From the NCBI GenBank assembly GCA_049472335.1, contig JBLIRO010000005.1, positions 37,708-101,707 on the forward strand: a stretch of DNA of 64,000 nt. The letters are read 5' to 3'. The stretch is from a bacterium (GTDB taxonomy: Bacteria; SZUA-182; DTGQ01; JAFGSM01). The first letter of the stretch is position 1; each line of letters begins with the position of its first letter. The notes under the pieces were generated by a model. The model saw only the letters and a program-made list of their open reading frames with translations, was not told where the DNA came from and did not search any database. Below are positions 1 through 9,441 of this stretch, piece after piece. Position numbers and translations under genes: made by a program.

Positions 1-116
1 GACAAATTACCTGGTTTCGACAGGAAAAAAGGGCAATCTGGCTTGATATGTCAGATAAATCTGATGTCCTTGATCTGGCTCCTCAGATTGATTTAAATCT
101 CAGGTCTCCTAAATAA
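1..116 (+). CDS. miaA: 3' end of tRNA dimethylallyltransferase (partial)
   Basis: Frame from position 3 reads QITWFRQEKRAIWLD...PK*, matching the MiaA C-terminal (KR)QxTWFR motif; stop TAA at 114-116. Confidence 0.65.
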   Translation, partial: QITWFRQEKRAIWLDMSDKSDVLDLAPQIDLNLRSPK

Positions 117-120
117 AGCC

Positions 121-999
121 CTAAGAAGGGAGTCTCTTTCCGGTGATATACTCTTCTAAGGTCTTGTTTACTCTCGCCAACTCCTCTGACTTCTGCTTGG
201 TCTCCTCAAGGAGGGAATTGATTTTTTCCTGAGCCTTTTTACGTTCTGTGATATCTTTGAATACACAACCTAATCCTATTATCTGGTCCTGATCGTTCCG
301 GATATCAAAAAAGGAGGACAAAGTAGTTTTTTGATCACCCTTTTCACCAACAAGAATAAGCTCCTTATTGGATATCTCTCCTTGATCCCTCAATGAATCA
401 GTAATTTGATCCAATTCCTGTGGATCAGCCAGAAGTGTTGAAAAAAACCTCTTCTCCAGTTTGACTTTTTCATATCCCAAAATTGCCTGAGTAGCCGGAT
501 TGAAAGACGAGATCCTGTATTGATTGTCCAGTATCATAATTCCATCGGATGAGGCTAAAAATAGATTACGGAAACGTTCCTCTGACTCCTTTAATTTAGC
601 CTGCAACAGGATTCTTTCTTTTCTAAGGCGGGCCATTTCCATGCAATCACGGGCCACATATGGCATACGGCTGAAATAATCCTCAGTCTTGATTATATAA
701 TCGCAGGCCCCTAACTTCATTGCTTCAACTGCCACTTTTTCGTTTCCATGCCCTGTCACAATTATTGTAGGAATAGTGAGACCCATTTCTTTGATCTGCT
801 TCATCACCTCAAGGCCATTAAACTTAGGAAGGGAATAATCCAGGATGATCAGTTCGTAATTAGAATCTTCTTTTAGTGTATTGAGACAGGCTTCACCATT
901 CTCAATAATGTTAATGGAGGCATCATTAAAGATCTTCTCCATGCTTCTGCAGGTCAACTTTGCATGAACCTCTTCATCTTCCACCAACAAAATTCTCAT
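121..999 (-). CDS. Response regulator, receiver + PAS domain + coiled coil
   Basis: ILLVED, LIILDYSLP (phospho-Asp present), GACDYIIK, then PAS ending DITERK. Confidence 0.9.
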   Translation of the reverse strand: MRILLVEDEEVHAKLTCRSMEKIFNDASINIIENGEACLNTLKEDSNYELIILDYSLPKFNGLEVMKQIKEMGLTIPTIIVTGHGNEKVAVEAMKLGACDYIIKTEDYFSRMPYVARDCMEMARLRKERILLQAKLKESEERFRNLFLASSDGIMILDNQYRISSFNPATQAILGYEKVKLEKRFFSTLLADPQELDQITDSLRDQGEISNKELILVGEKGDQKTTLSSFFDIRNDQDQIIGLGCVFKDITERKKAQEKINSLLEETKQKSEELARVNKTLEEYITGKRLPS

Positions 1000-1327
1000 A
1001 TCTTTAGCCCCCTTTTTTCATTTCATACAGACGAAATATATGACATATTAAAAAGCTAACCCATAATCTCAATCCCATTTCTTTGGAATTGAGAATAAAT
1101 CTGCTAATAATTGTATGCAATTATTTCGGAGCAGTCAAGAAACAATCGTAATAAAGTTAAAACATTTAATGGTAAGTGAATAATATTTATATAAAATTTA
1201 TCGTACTTTTTTTATAATTTCTTTCAGTAATGTCAAATAAAAAATATTTAATAAACGCTTTAAATCATCGAAGGAGTGCATTGGTGCTTTTACTAAAGAC
1301 CGTTAGAAAAGTGAAGCGATTTTCTTC

Positions 1328-2065
1328 TTATTCTTTTTCAAAGGTAATTTGGTTATGGCATTCAGAGCAATCTAATCCGTACTCTCCGTCATGAGGATCC
1401 TCATGGCATTTATTACATAAAAATTTTGTCCCTGTATATTTAACGAGTATACCTTTTTCCGAAGGTGAGGTTGTGGATTCTACTTCATGACAATCTCTGC
1501 AAGCAAGATCCATATGTTTCCCTTTTGGACCTTTATCCATGTTTACATGCTCATAGGTTATGGTCTTAAAATTTTCCTCATTATGACATTTATCACAGTC
1601 AGTATCAAGCTGCCCCAGATGAATATCATAATGACAATCTCTACATCTGTTTTTATCAAGTAAATAACTCTCTTTAGAATGGCACACAGTACATCTCAAC
1701 AATGCATGTTTTCCGTTAAGGGGCCATCCTGTAGAATTATGATCAAATCTCTCAATATCCAGATGTATTAGATTATAGGATTCACCATGATGTTCTGAAT
1801 GACAATTAACACATTCCTTAGATGCTTTGGCATGCAATCCGGAATTTGACTCGATCTTTTCTTTGATCTTTTCATGGCATAACAGGCATTTATCAAAATC
1901 CAGTTTTTGGCCTTTTGTATGACAGGCGTTACACTCTCCTGATTTTTCCAGTTCCTTATGTACCTCGGAAAGCACCCCGTGGGAAAACAATTTAGACCAT
2001 TTAACCTTAAATCCTAAATAAAAAACAAAAATTATCAAAACAATGAACAAAATTATCTTTTTCAT
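1328..2065 (-). CDS. Membrane-anchored multiheme cytochrome c (9 CxxCH)
   Basis: Nine CxxCH motifs counted; N-terminal hydrophobic anchor MKKIILFIVLIIFVFYLG; ATG overlaps the upstream stop (TAATG). Confidence 0.9.
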   Translation of the reverse strand: MKKIILFIVLIIFVFYLGFKVKWSKLFSHGVLSEVHKELEKSGECNACHTKGQKLDFDKCLLCHEKIKEKIESNSGLHAKASKECVNCHSEHHGESYNLIHLDIERFDHNSTGWPLNGKHALLRCTVCHSKESYLLDKNRCRDCHYDIHLGQLDTDCDKCHNEENFKTITYEHVNMDKGPKGKHMDLACRDCHEVESTTSPSEKGILVKYTGTKFLCNKCHEDPHDGEYGLDCSECHNQITFEKE

Positions 2066-2949
2066 TAGAAGATCCACCTGTATCCCCAATAAACTGTAAC
2101 AAGAATATGCAGAAATGCCATAATAAAAAGAATATAACTACATACTTTGTGTATAAATTCCCATTTATTAAGAACAGACAAAAACAGATCCAAAACAGAA
2201 ATATAACGTATTTCACGCAACCTCTTGATGAGTTCTTCTCCCCTTTTATGCAGTTCATCATATTCTTTGTACTGAACATCATCATATTTTTCGTTTATTA
2301 GATCAAGAAGAGGTTCGGTTTCCTTTTTTATAAACCTCCATTGTTTAAAGGTTTCAATAAGACCCGAAGTGCAGGGAAAGCCGGGTGGTCTTAAATCCAT
2401 AATTCTCCTGACAATCGGGGAAAAAGCGCTGTCCTCTTTCAGATCCTTTTCAATAAAGAGATTCACTAGATGCAAAGGTTCGTATATTTTTGATATCCCC
2501 CAAAAACAATAACCGAAAAACATCCTGCCGAATACTCCTGAGATTATTACCAAAACCATTAACCAAAAAGCGATTCCGATAAAACCCGTTAATGCGTATG
2601 CAGAATGAAAGAAAATGAGGATAGGTCCTAATATTCCGAGAAATATATGTATCTCCAACCATAATGATAGAGGCCCCATAAATTGGAGGGATTCAAGCCT
2701 TTTTCTTAAAAAATAAAGTGAATATGAGAGAAACATCAATATTGTACCAATCACACCCAGTGTGTGGCTTACGCTTCCTGAAGGCTTGAACTTAAAATGG
2801 AGCAATGAATCAAGATGTCTTGTTTGTGGTGGGATTGAAATATATGGTTTATAAATTGAATATAGATAGACAGTAATAATGATAACTATCAAACTCCATA
2901 TTATACGAAATATTAAGAGGCTTTTTTTATAAAACTTGTTTTCGGGCAT
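2065..2949 (-). CDS. Polytopic membrane protein with His in TM segments (possible heme b protein)
   Basis: Several hydrophobic helices; WLEIHIFLG, IFFHS, WEFIH, AFLHI; GAGG RBS before ATG at 2949. Confidence 0.7.
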   Translation of the reverse strand: MPENKFYKKSLLIFRIIWSLIVIIITVYLYSIYKPYISIPPQTRHLDSLLHFKFKPSGSVSHTLGVIGTILMFLSYSLYFLRKRLESLQFMGPLSLWLEIHIFLGILGPILIFFHSAYALTGFIGIAFWLMVLVIISGVFGRMFFGYCFWGISKIYEPLHLVNLFIEKDLKEDSAFSPIVRRIMDLRPPGFPCTSGLIETFKQWRFIKKETEPLLDLINEKYDDVQYKEYDELHKRGEELIKRLREIRYISVLDLFLSVLNKWEFIHKVCSYILFIMAFLHILVTVYWGYRWIF

Positions 2950-4159
2950 TTTTTTCCTCTGCTTCTGCTTCTCCAAGTGAATATTTTAAAAGTTCTCTTA
3001 ACTCCACATTGATAGATCCTTTATTTTTGGCAAGAAACTCTTCAACGGACATGGTTGTGAGTGCACCTGTCGGACAATTGTTAACACACGCCCTATTCTT
3101 AAAATCTGCGCATCCATCACATTTAATAGCTACTCTTGCCTTCTTCATCTTCATAATATTTTGATCTATGTATTCTAATGTGATGGCATTGGTAGGGCAT
3201 ATCTTTGCACACTCCCCACAACCTGTGCAATTATCGGATAGCTCTAAAAATGGGGTACTAATTTTTCTATGGATACCACGCTCAGAAAAACAGATTGCAT
3301 TTGCGCCAATAACCTCTTCACAAACTCTTACGCATAAACCACATAGAATACATTTATCAGGATCTTGATTTAAAGTGAAACGGGTTTTTTCAAGTCCCAT
3401 CTCTTTGCCCATTTTTCTGATTAAATCAGACTCGGGACATCTAGCCATCAGTAGTTCCAAAATCATCCTGCGATATTTCAGCACCTTATCAGTTGCAGTC
3501 TTCACCAAAATACCCTCTTGTACTGGATAAACGCATGAAGGAGCAAGACGTGTACGATTTCCCCTTGTGATTTCAACAATACAAATCCGACAAACACCCA
3601 ATGCGCTTAGAGAAGAATGGAAACACAACCGGGGAATATTGATACCATATCTGTCGGCTACTTCTATAATCGTCTCTTCTTTTTTACCAACCACTTCCTG
3701 ATCATCAATTTTAAATTGAATAAGGTCTTCTTTTGGCCTGTATTCAAGTATAATACGTTCCTGTACATGAGGCTGTGCTTTTAAGTAATCCTTTACCGCA
3801 ATCAGAAGACGGCTTGTATAATCCTCTGTTTTAATAATACAGTCTGTGGCGCCCTCTCTCACCAGATCTTCTGCAATATCCTTATTCCTGTGGCTGACCA
3901 GCATGATAACAGGCTGTTTAAATTTATATTTTTCCCTGATTTCTTTCAATGCCATGTGGCCGTCTATTTCGGGAAGATCAAAGCTTAGGATGATCAGATC
4001 ATATCCGGAGGACCTTTCTAAACGTTCAATACATTGATCCAGAGTATTAATATGTTCAATGATAAAAGACTCATCAAAAAAATGAAGTTCTTTTTTCATT
4101 AATTGAGCGTGGATAGGGTCATCTTCAACCATCAAAATAGTTATGATAGGTTTTTCCAT
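2927..4159 (-). CDS. Atypical receiver domain fused to NuoG/HydA-like N-terminal Fe-S domain plus extra ferredoxin half-motif
   Basis: ILMVEDD receiver; IPRLC..GVCRIC..SC [2Fe-2S]; CILCGLCVRVC and CTGCGECAKICP; terminal KCDGC..ACVNNCPTGAL; no H-cluster or Mo domain. Confidence 0.85.
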   Translation of the reverse strand: MEKPIITILMVEDDPIHAQLMKKELHFFDESFIIEHINTLDQCIERLERSSGYDLIILSFDLPEIDGHMALKEIREKYKFKQPVIMLVSHRNKDIAEDLVREGATDCIIKTEDYTSRLLIAVKDYLKAQPHVQERIILEYRPKEDLIQFKIDDQEVVGKKEETIIEVADRYGINIPRLCFHSSLSALGVCRICIVEITRGNRTRLAPSCVYPVQEGILVKTATDKVLKYRRMILELLMARCPESDLIRKMGKEMGLEKTRFTLNQDPDKCILCGLCVRVCEEVIGANAICFSERGIHRKISTPFLELSDNCTGCGECAKICPTNAITLEYIDQNIMKMKKARVAIKCDGCADFKNRACVNNCPTGALTTMSVEEFLAKNKGSINVELRELLKYSLGEAEAEEKNARKQVL

Positions 4160-4217
4160 TAATTCACCCCTTCTTAATCCAAACCGGACAAGCCAAAACC
4201 ACAAGGTTTTTGAGCAG

Positions 4218-5069
4218 TTACTCAAATTTGCTTAATATTAAATTTATTTTATCAGGAGTTACTTTTCCGAAATATTCTCCGTCTATAACGATAACCGGAC
4301 CTAAAGCACATGCACCCAAACAATTTACGGTTTCTAATGTAAATTTCATGTCTTCTGTGGTCTCACCCGCGGATATTCCAAGAAATCTTTCAAGTTCTTC
4401 TAGAATTTTTCCGGCCCCTCGTACATGACAGGCAGTACCCATACAAACATTTATTATATGGCGACCTCTGGGAACCAGACTGAATGCGGTATAAAAGGTT
4501 ACAACATTATAAATTCTATTTAAAGGAATATTTGTAATTTCAGAAATGCATATTAAGGCTTCCTTGGGCAGATAGTTAAATTGGGCTTGAACATCCTGTA
4601 ACATACCTATTAAGAAACTTGAATTTCTTTTATATTTATCAACTATTTCGACTACAACAGACGTGTCTACTGAATCCTCTTTTTTTTCTTCAATGGGTTT
4701 CGTTGTTTTGAGCCCAAGAAATGAAAGCATCTTTTCCTTATAAGAAGCTTGTGTATCCTGACCTGAAAATACAAGTATCGCATTATAAGGACAGCTTCTC
4801 ATACATAAACCGCAACCCACGCAATTAGCCGTTACTATGATATGTCCTTCCTCATCTCTTTCAACTCCGTTTCTATTACATGCCTCAATACATCTTGGAT
4901 CCCTGCAAATTCTGCAAAGATTCGGGATAAGGCTAATTCCGATTAAAGCGGAGCTTTCCCTTACATGTCTGGAAATATCCTTATGTCTCCGTTTACACGC
5001 ATCAATGCAATTGCCGCAATTCAGGCAATGTTTAATATTACAGACAACGATCGATGATTTTGCTTCCAT
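4218..5069 (-). CDS. NuoE/HydC-like [2Fe-2S] subunit with N-terminal 4Fe-4S domain
   Basis: VCMGTACHVRGA..CLGACALGP NuoE motif; three N-terminal Cys groups CLNCGNCIDAC, CRICRDPRCIEAC, CVGCGLCMRSCP. Confidence 0.9.
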   Translation of the reverse strand: MEAKSSIVVCNIKHCLNCGNCIDACKRRHKDISRHVRESSALIGISLIPNLCRICRDPRCIEACNRNGVERDEEGHIIVTANCVGCGLCMRSCPYNAILVFSGQDTQASYKEKMLSFLGLKTTKPIEEKKEDSVDTSVVVEIVDKYKRNSSFLIGMLQDVQAQFNYLPKEALICISEITNIPLNRIYNVVTFYTAFSLVPRGRHIINVCMGTACHVRGAGKILEELERFLGISAGETTEDMKFTLETVNCLGACALGPVIVIDGEYFGKVTPDKINLILSKFE

Positions 5070-5129
5070 AATATAAATTACTCCAAGCAGGGATTATTTT
5101 ATCTTAATCTGTTATGTAATAATTGAATA

Positions 5130-6989
5130 TTACAGCACCTTAATTGCTTCGAATTTACAGTTTTCCCGGCAGATTCCACATTTAACACACTTTTCCTGAT
5201 CAATCTTGTGGGGTTTTTTCTTTTCTCCGGTAATCGCACCCTGTGGACAAAACTTAAGGCATCTCCCGCATCCAATACACTTTTGTTCATTTATTGTAAA
5301 GGTGATGAGCTCTTTGCATATACCTGCAGGACATCGTTTTTCTTTTATATGAGCCTCGTATTCATTACGAAAATATCTTATGGTTGAAAGAACAGGATTT
5401 GGAGCCGAGCCACCTAAGGCACATAACGAGGTTGCCTTAATAAATTCGCCTAATTCTTCTAAAAGTTCAACATCTTCTTCTTTGCCCCGTCCCTGTGTAA
5501 TATTGGTGAGTATCTCCAGCATCTTGCTTAATCCTTCACGACAAGGTATACATTTGCCACAGGATTCCTCCGTCAGGAAATTGATGAAGTATTTGGCGAC
5601 ATCAACCATGCATGTATTTTCATCCATAACAATCATGCCACCTGAGCCCATCATTGATCCGACTTCGGCAAGTTTATCAAAGTCAACGGGAAGGTCGATT
5701 AATTCCTCCGGGATACAGCCACCTGATGGTCCCCCTGTCTGGACCGCTTTAAATTTTTTCCCTCCGGGTATTCCTCCGCCGATATCAAAGACTATTTCTC
5801 TAAGGGGCATACCCATCCTTACTTCAACAAGTCCTGTATTATTGATCTTTCCTACAAGAGAAAAGATCTTGGTTCCTTTACTGCCTTCTGTTCCGATTTG
5901 AGAATACCAATCAGACCCACGATCGATTATTAACGGGATATTTGCCCAGGTTTCAACATTATTAATAGCAGTTGGCTTATTATAAAGCCCGCTGTCAACG
6001 GTGTGAATATATTTTGGACGAGGTTCACCAGGTTTTCCTTCCAGGGAAGCGATAAGTGCGGTTGATTCACCACATACAAAAGCGCCTCCGCCTTTCGAGA
6101 TGACGATATCGAAATCAAAATCAAAACCCAGGATATTTTTGCCGAGCAGGCCATATTCTCTTGCCTGATTTAATGCTATCCCTAAATTTTCAACAGCGAG
6201 AGGATATTCGTTTCGGACATAGACATAGCCGTGATTCGAGCCTATCGCATAGGCACCGATAACCATCCCTTCAATAATACTATGCGGATTCCCTTCCAGA
6301 AGGCTTCTATCCATATAAGCACCGGGATCACCTTCATCGGCATTACAAATAATATAGCGAATTCCATCAGGTGCAGAAGCCCTATGGCAGGATTCCCATT
6401 TTTTACCTGTTAGAAATCCACCTCCTCCCCGTCCGCGCAATCCTGATTTTTTTATCTCCTCAATCACTTCCTCTGACTTCATTTCAGAGAGGGACTTTGC
6501 TAAAGCTGAGTAACCTCCGATTCGCAGATAATCCTCAATACTTGTAGGATCAATTATACCGTTATTACCTAATATAATCCTTTCCTGTCCCTTATAAAAA
6601 GGGACTTCCTCCTCAAATTGTGTCCGTTTTCCGGTGACAGGGTCCACATATAAAAGCTTCTCGATAATATTCCCCTTTATTATAGTTTCACCGATAACAC
6701 TGGGGACATCGTCCAATCCAACCTGTTGATACAATATATTCTTTGGGAAAATGACGATCAGGGGCCCACGTTCACAGAAGCCATGGCAGCCTGTCAATCT
6801 TAATTCCACCTTATCATCTACTCCATGTTTGTTTATTTCTTTTCTAAATTTATCAACGACATCCATACATTTATATGCTCTACAACCCGTGCCTGCGCAG
6901 ATGGAGATGACGGTTTTTTCAGGATTATACTTTTTGATAATTTCATCCCGTAACTGCTTTAAATCAGCTACTGATGACAATCTCTTCAT
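5130..6989 (-). CDS. NuoF/HydB-like FMN/NAD(P)H-binding subunit
   Basis: GLRGRGGGGF, CNADEGDPGAYMDR, GGPSGG, ESCGKCIPCREG, N-terminal thioredoxin-like FeS domain and C-terminal 2x[4Fe-4S]. Confidence 0.95.
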   Translation of the reverse strand: MKRLSSVADLKQLRDEIIKKYNPEKTVISICAGTGCRAYKCMDVVDKFRKEINKHGVDDKVELRLTGCHGFCERGPLIVIFPKNILYQQVGLDDVPSVIGETIIKGNIIEKLLYVDPVTGKRTQFEEEVPFYKGQERIILGNNGIIDPTSIEDYLRIGGYSALAKSLSEMKSEEVIEEIKKSGLRGRGGGGFLTGKKWESCHRASAPDGIRYIICNADEGDPGAYMDRSLLEGNPHSIIEGMVIGAYAIGSNHGYVYVRNEYPLAVENLGIALNQAREYGLLGKNILGFDFDFDIVISKGGGAFVCGESTALIASLEGKPGEPRPKYIHTVDSGLYNKPTAINNVETWANIPLIIDRGSDWYSQIGTEGSKGTKIFSLVGKINNTGLVEVRMGMPLREIVFDIGGGIPGGKKFKAVQTGGPSGGCIPEELIDLPVDFDKLAEVGSMMGSGGMIVMDENTCMVDVAKYFINFLTEESCGKCIPCREGLSKMLEILTNITQGRGKEEDVELLEELGEFIKATSLCALGGSAPNPVLSTIRYFRNEYEAHIKEKRCPAGICKELITFTINEQKCIGCGRCLKFCPQGAITGEKKKPHKIDQEKCVKCGICRENCKFEAIKVL

Positions 6990-7265
6990 GTTTAAAGCTT
7001 CTCCTTCATTTTGACAGAAATAGATCCGGACTAAAGGTGATTCATGATTTATAGGTAAAAAAATAAGAAAATTGGTTTTTATTGGTTAGTAACCAATACT
7101 GAATTATGTAAAATCATTATAGATTTAAACATAATATAAATATTTAATTTTAAAGAGTTTATCTGTTTTCCCGCAATGGCTTTTTAAAATATCACAGCTT
7201 TTTTTCGAAATCAAGGCCCTATTTTATAGCCCTCTTAAAACCGGGCATAATCATCTATTTTTCAA

Positions 7266-7967
7266 TCATTTATTCCTCTCGACTTTTTTCCGGTTTAGTT
7301 CTGCTTCTGAGGGCCTTATATAGACAGGAACGAGATCTTCCGGTCTGGAAACCATTTTTTGGGTTAATCTTTTGATTCCTGTTTCAGCCAAAATAGATGC
7401 ACGAGGGAAATTATTGGCCTCTGAAACAAAAAGGGCCTTACTTTTGAGCTTATTACGAATGATATCCCCATAAGGGAATAAGCCGTTTCCTACAAATATT
7501 GTGGGTTTGGTTATCATTTTAATAAGAGAGTCAGGTTTGATAGCCATCTCTGGCTCAAGGTTTTTAATATCAGAATCATGCCATTTATAAATACAGGTAA
7601 AGACCTCTTTTTTTCTTGCATCTATAATGGGACATATCGGGAACCTGACAAAAGGGATACCTCTGGCCAAGATTTCAAGCGTGGAGATTCCCGCAATCGG
7701 TTTATCAGCAGCAAAGGCTAATCCCTTGGCTGTTGCCAGACCTATTCTCAACCCCGTAAAAGATCCGGGGCCTATGGAGGCACATATAACTTCGCATTCT
7801 TCAAGACTTTTTTTTGTTTCCTTAAAGAGCCTGTCTATGGAAGGGATGAGCCGCTCCGAATGAGAAGATGCACTTTTAATATTTAACTCTCCAAGAACGC
7901 CTTCCCTGTCATCCACAAGAGCTATGCTGCCCATCCAGGTCGCTGTTTCTATACCCAAGGCCAGCAA
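7266..7967 (-). CDS. tsaB: tRNA threonylcarbamoyladenosine biosynthesis protein TsaB
   Basis: LGIETAT, HSERL, GPGSFTGLRIG, IDARKKEVF, PVYIR. Confidence 0.95.
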   Translation of the reverse strand: MLALGIETATWMGSIALVDDREGVLGELNIKSASSHSERLIPSIDRLFKETKKSLEECEVICASIGPGSFTGLRIGLATAKGLAFAADKPIAGISTLEILARGIPFVRFPICPIIDARKKEVFTCIYKWHDSDIKNLEPEMAIKPDSLIKMITKPTIFVGNGLFPYGDIIRNKLKSKALFVSEANNFPRASILAETGIKRLTQKMVSRPEDLVPVYIRPSEAELNRKKVERNK

Positions 7968-7970
7968 GAA

Positions 7971-8726
7971 TTAATCCTTTCTCCGATAATCTTCACCCAC
8001 GATCTCCCGAACCTGGCACATCTCATATAAGCGGGACCGAAGGCGATATCCGATCCTCCCCGCCAATGTGTCCTCTTCATCATCCGCTTCATCCATCCAA
8101 TTGGAAGTTATGATGGTTGTCCGTTTTTCGCTATACCTCTGATTTATGATATAGGTGAGCATATCGCGCATCCATTCTGTTACCTTTTGTGCTCCGAGCT
8201 CATCAAGCACCAGGATTTCCTTCTCAAGAACAGGTCTAAGGACTGAACTCTCGCTCAAAGAAGAATTTGTTGTGTAAGTAGATCTGATCTCTGCCAACAG
8301 GTCACGAAAATCATAAAAAACACAGGGAATGCCTTTTTTGGTTATCAACTCGACAATTATGGCAACTGCCAGATGAGTCTTGCCGACCCCAGGTTGACCC
8401 ATAAAAAGGAATCCCTCTCCCTCTATAAATGGGTATTCACGAACAAATTTATCAGCCATTTCCTTTATCATGCCCAGACTGACCTGATTTGTTTTGTGGG
8501 CCTGAGGTGGGCTCTTCCCTCTCGGCATTATTTCAAAATTTTCTAATGTACAATGTTTGTATCTGTATGGTATCCTGGCAGATGCCAAAAGCTGTTTTTT
8601 CCGTTTTGCCTGAAAACAGTCACATCTTATAACGGTTTCTATCCCTTTTTCTTCCTTAATGATCCATCCGGAGTTGTCGCAGAACGGACATAATCCGGTC
8701 TTTGCCTTTTGATCCTCAACTTGCAT
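7971..8726 (-). CDS. DnaC/IstB-like AAA+ ATPase (putative helicase loader)
   Basis: CPFC..CDC Zn motif, GQPGVGKTHLA Walker A, LVLDELG Walker B, RLRSRLYEMC. Confidence 0.85.
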   Translation of the reverse strand: MQVEDQKAKTGLCPFCDNSGWIIKEEKGIETVIRCDCFQAKRKKQLLASARIPYRYKHCTLENFEIMPRGKSPPQAHKTNQVSLGMIKEMADKFVREYPFIEGEGFLFMGQPGVGKTHLAVAIIVELITKKGIPCVFYDFRDLLAEIRSTYTTNSSLSESSVLRPVLEKEILVLDELGAQKVTEWMRDMLTYIINQRYSEKRTTIITSNWMDEADDEEDTLAGRIGYRLRSRLYEMCQVREIVGEDYRRKD

Positions 8727-9432
8727 AAAGGCTTATCCTCCTTACATTTAATCTTTCCCGCAAAAGGCCTTTAATGCCCAATTCAAGTGTCTGTTCAAAA
8801 GCATCCTTGTCCATCTGTTTTTTATAGGGAGACAATTCCTCTTCAATCTCCTTGCTCAAATCGCTTTTTTGTTCATTTGGAATGATACGAAGGAGGTTAT
8901 TCAGATAGGCATCGTCAAGATCAGAGAGCCTCTTTTCTATTAATTCGATATCTAAATGTTCTTCGTGACAAAATTCCTTTTCAATATTTTCTATCTCACT
9001 GGCCCAATTTATCCCGGCAAGGGCAACTGCCTTTAAATTCCCCCAAGGATCAGATTCTGATACCTCATTCATCAAATCGTCTTTAATATATTCAAGCCTG
9101 TTTTGTATAATGTTCGAAAAGGACTGCTGTTCAAAATCAGAATCTGTTTTCCCTTTTTTATGAGCCTTTGGATCTCCCAGAAGGTTTTTTCGATAATCTT
9201 TCCAAAGCCTGAGGATCTCCGGTTCACAATAGGTTAACATATCGATCCTCTCTTCCCCTTCTTTATGAGTAGATCGAAATTTTCGACAGGTATTTTTTAT
9301 CCCTTTGCAAACAATATTTATGGGGATGCCCATTTGCTCCCATCGTTCCGCAATGAGCCAGTTTTGAGGAGAAAGTATTGTTCCTTGTCTTCTATATTTG
9401 AAAAAATACTCTTCTATTTTTGCAAGATACAT
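8716..9432 (-). CDS. Hypothetical protein, possibly DnaD/DnaB-like partner of the DnaC-like ATPase
   Basis: 238-aa ORF overlapping the DnaC-like gene; LSPQNWLIAERWEQMGIPINIV resembles a DnaD-type helical motif. Confidence 0.5.
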   Translation of the reverse strand: MYLAKIEEYFFKYRRQGTILSPQNWLIAERWEQMGIPINIVCKGIKNTCRKFRSTHKEGEERIDMLTYCEPEILRLWKDYRKNLLGDPKAHKKGKTDSDFEQQSFSNIIQNRLEYIKDDLMNEVSESDPWGNLKAVALAGINWASEIENIEKEFCHEEHLDIELIEKRLSDLDDAYLNNLLRIIPNEQKSDLSKEIEEELSPYKKQMDKDAFEQTLELGIKGLLRERLNVRRISLYAS

Positions 9433-9441
9433 AGACTCTTT

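Noticed and set aside
7971..8726. IS21 IstB or prophage replication gene
   Set aside because: No IstA, terminal repeats or phage genes; tightly embedded in a housekeeping operon.
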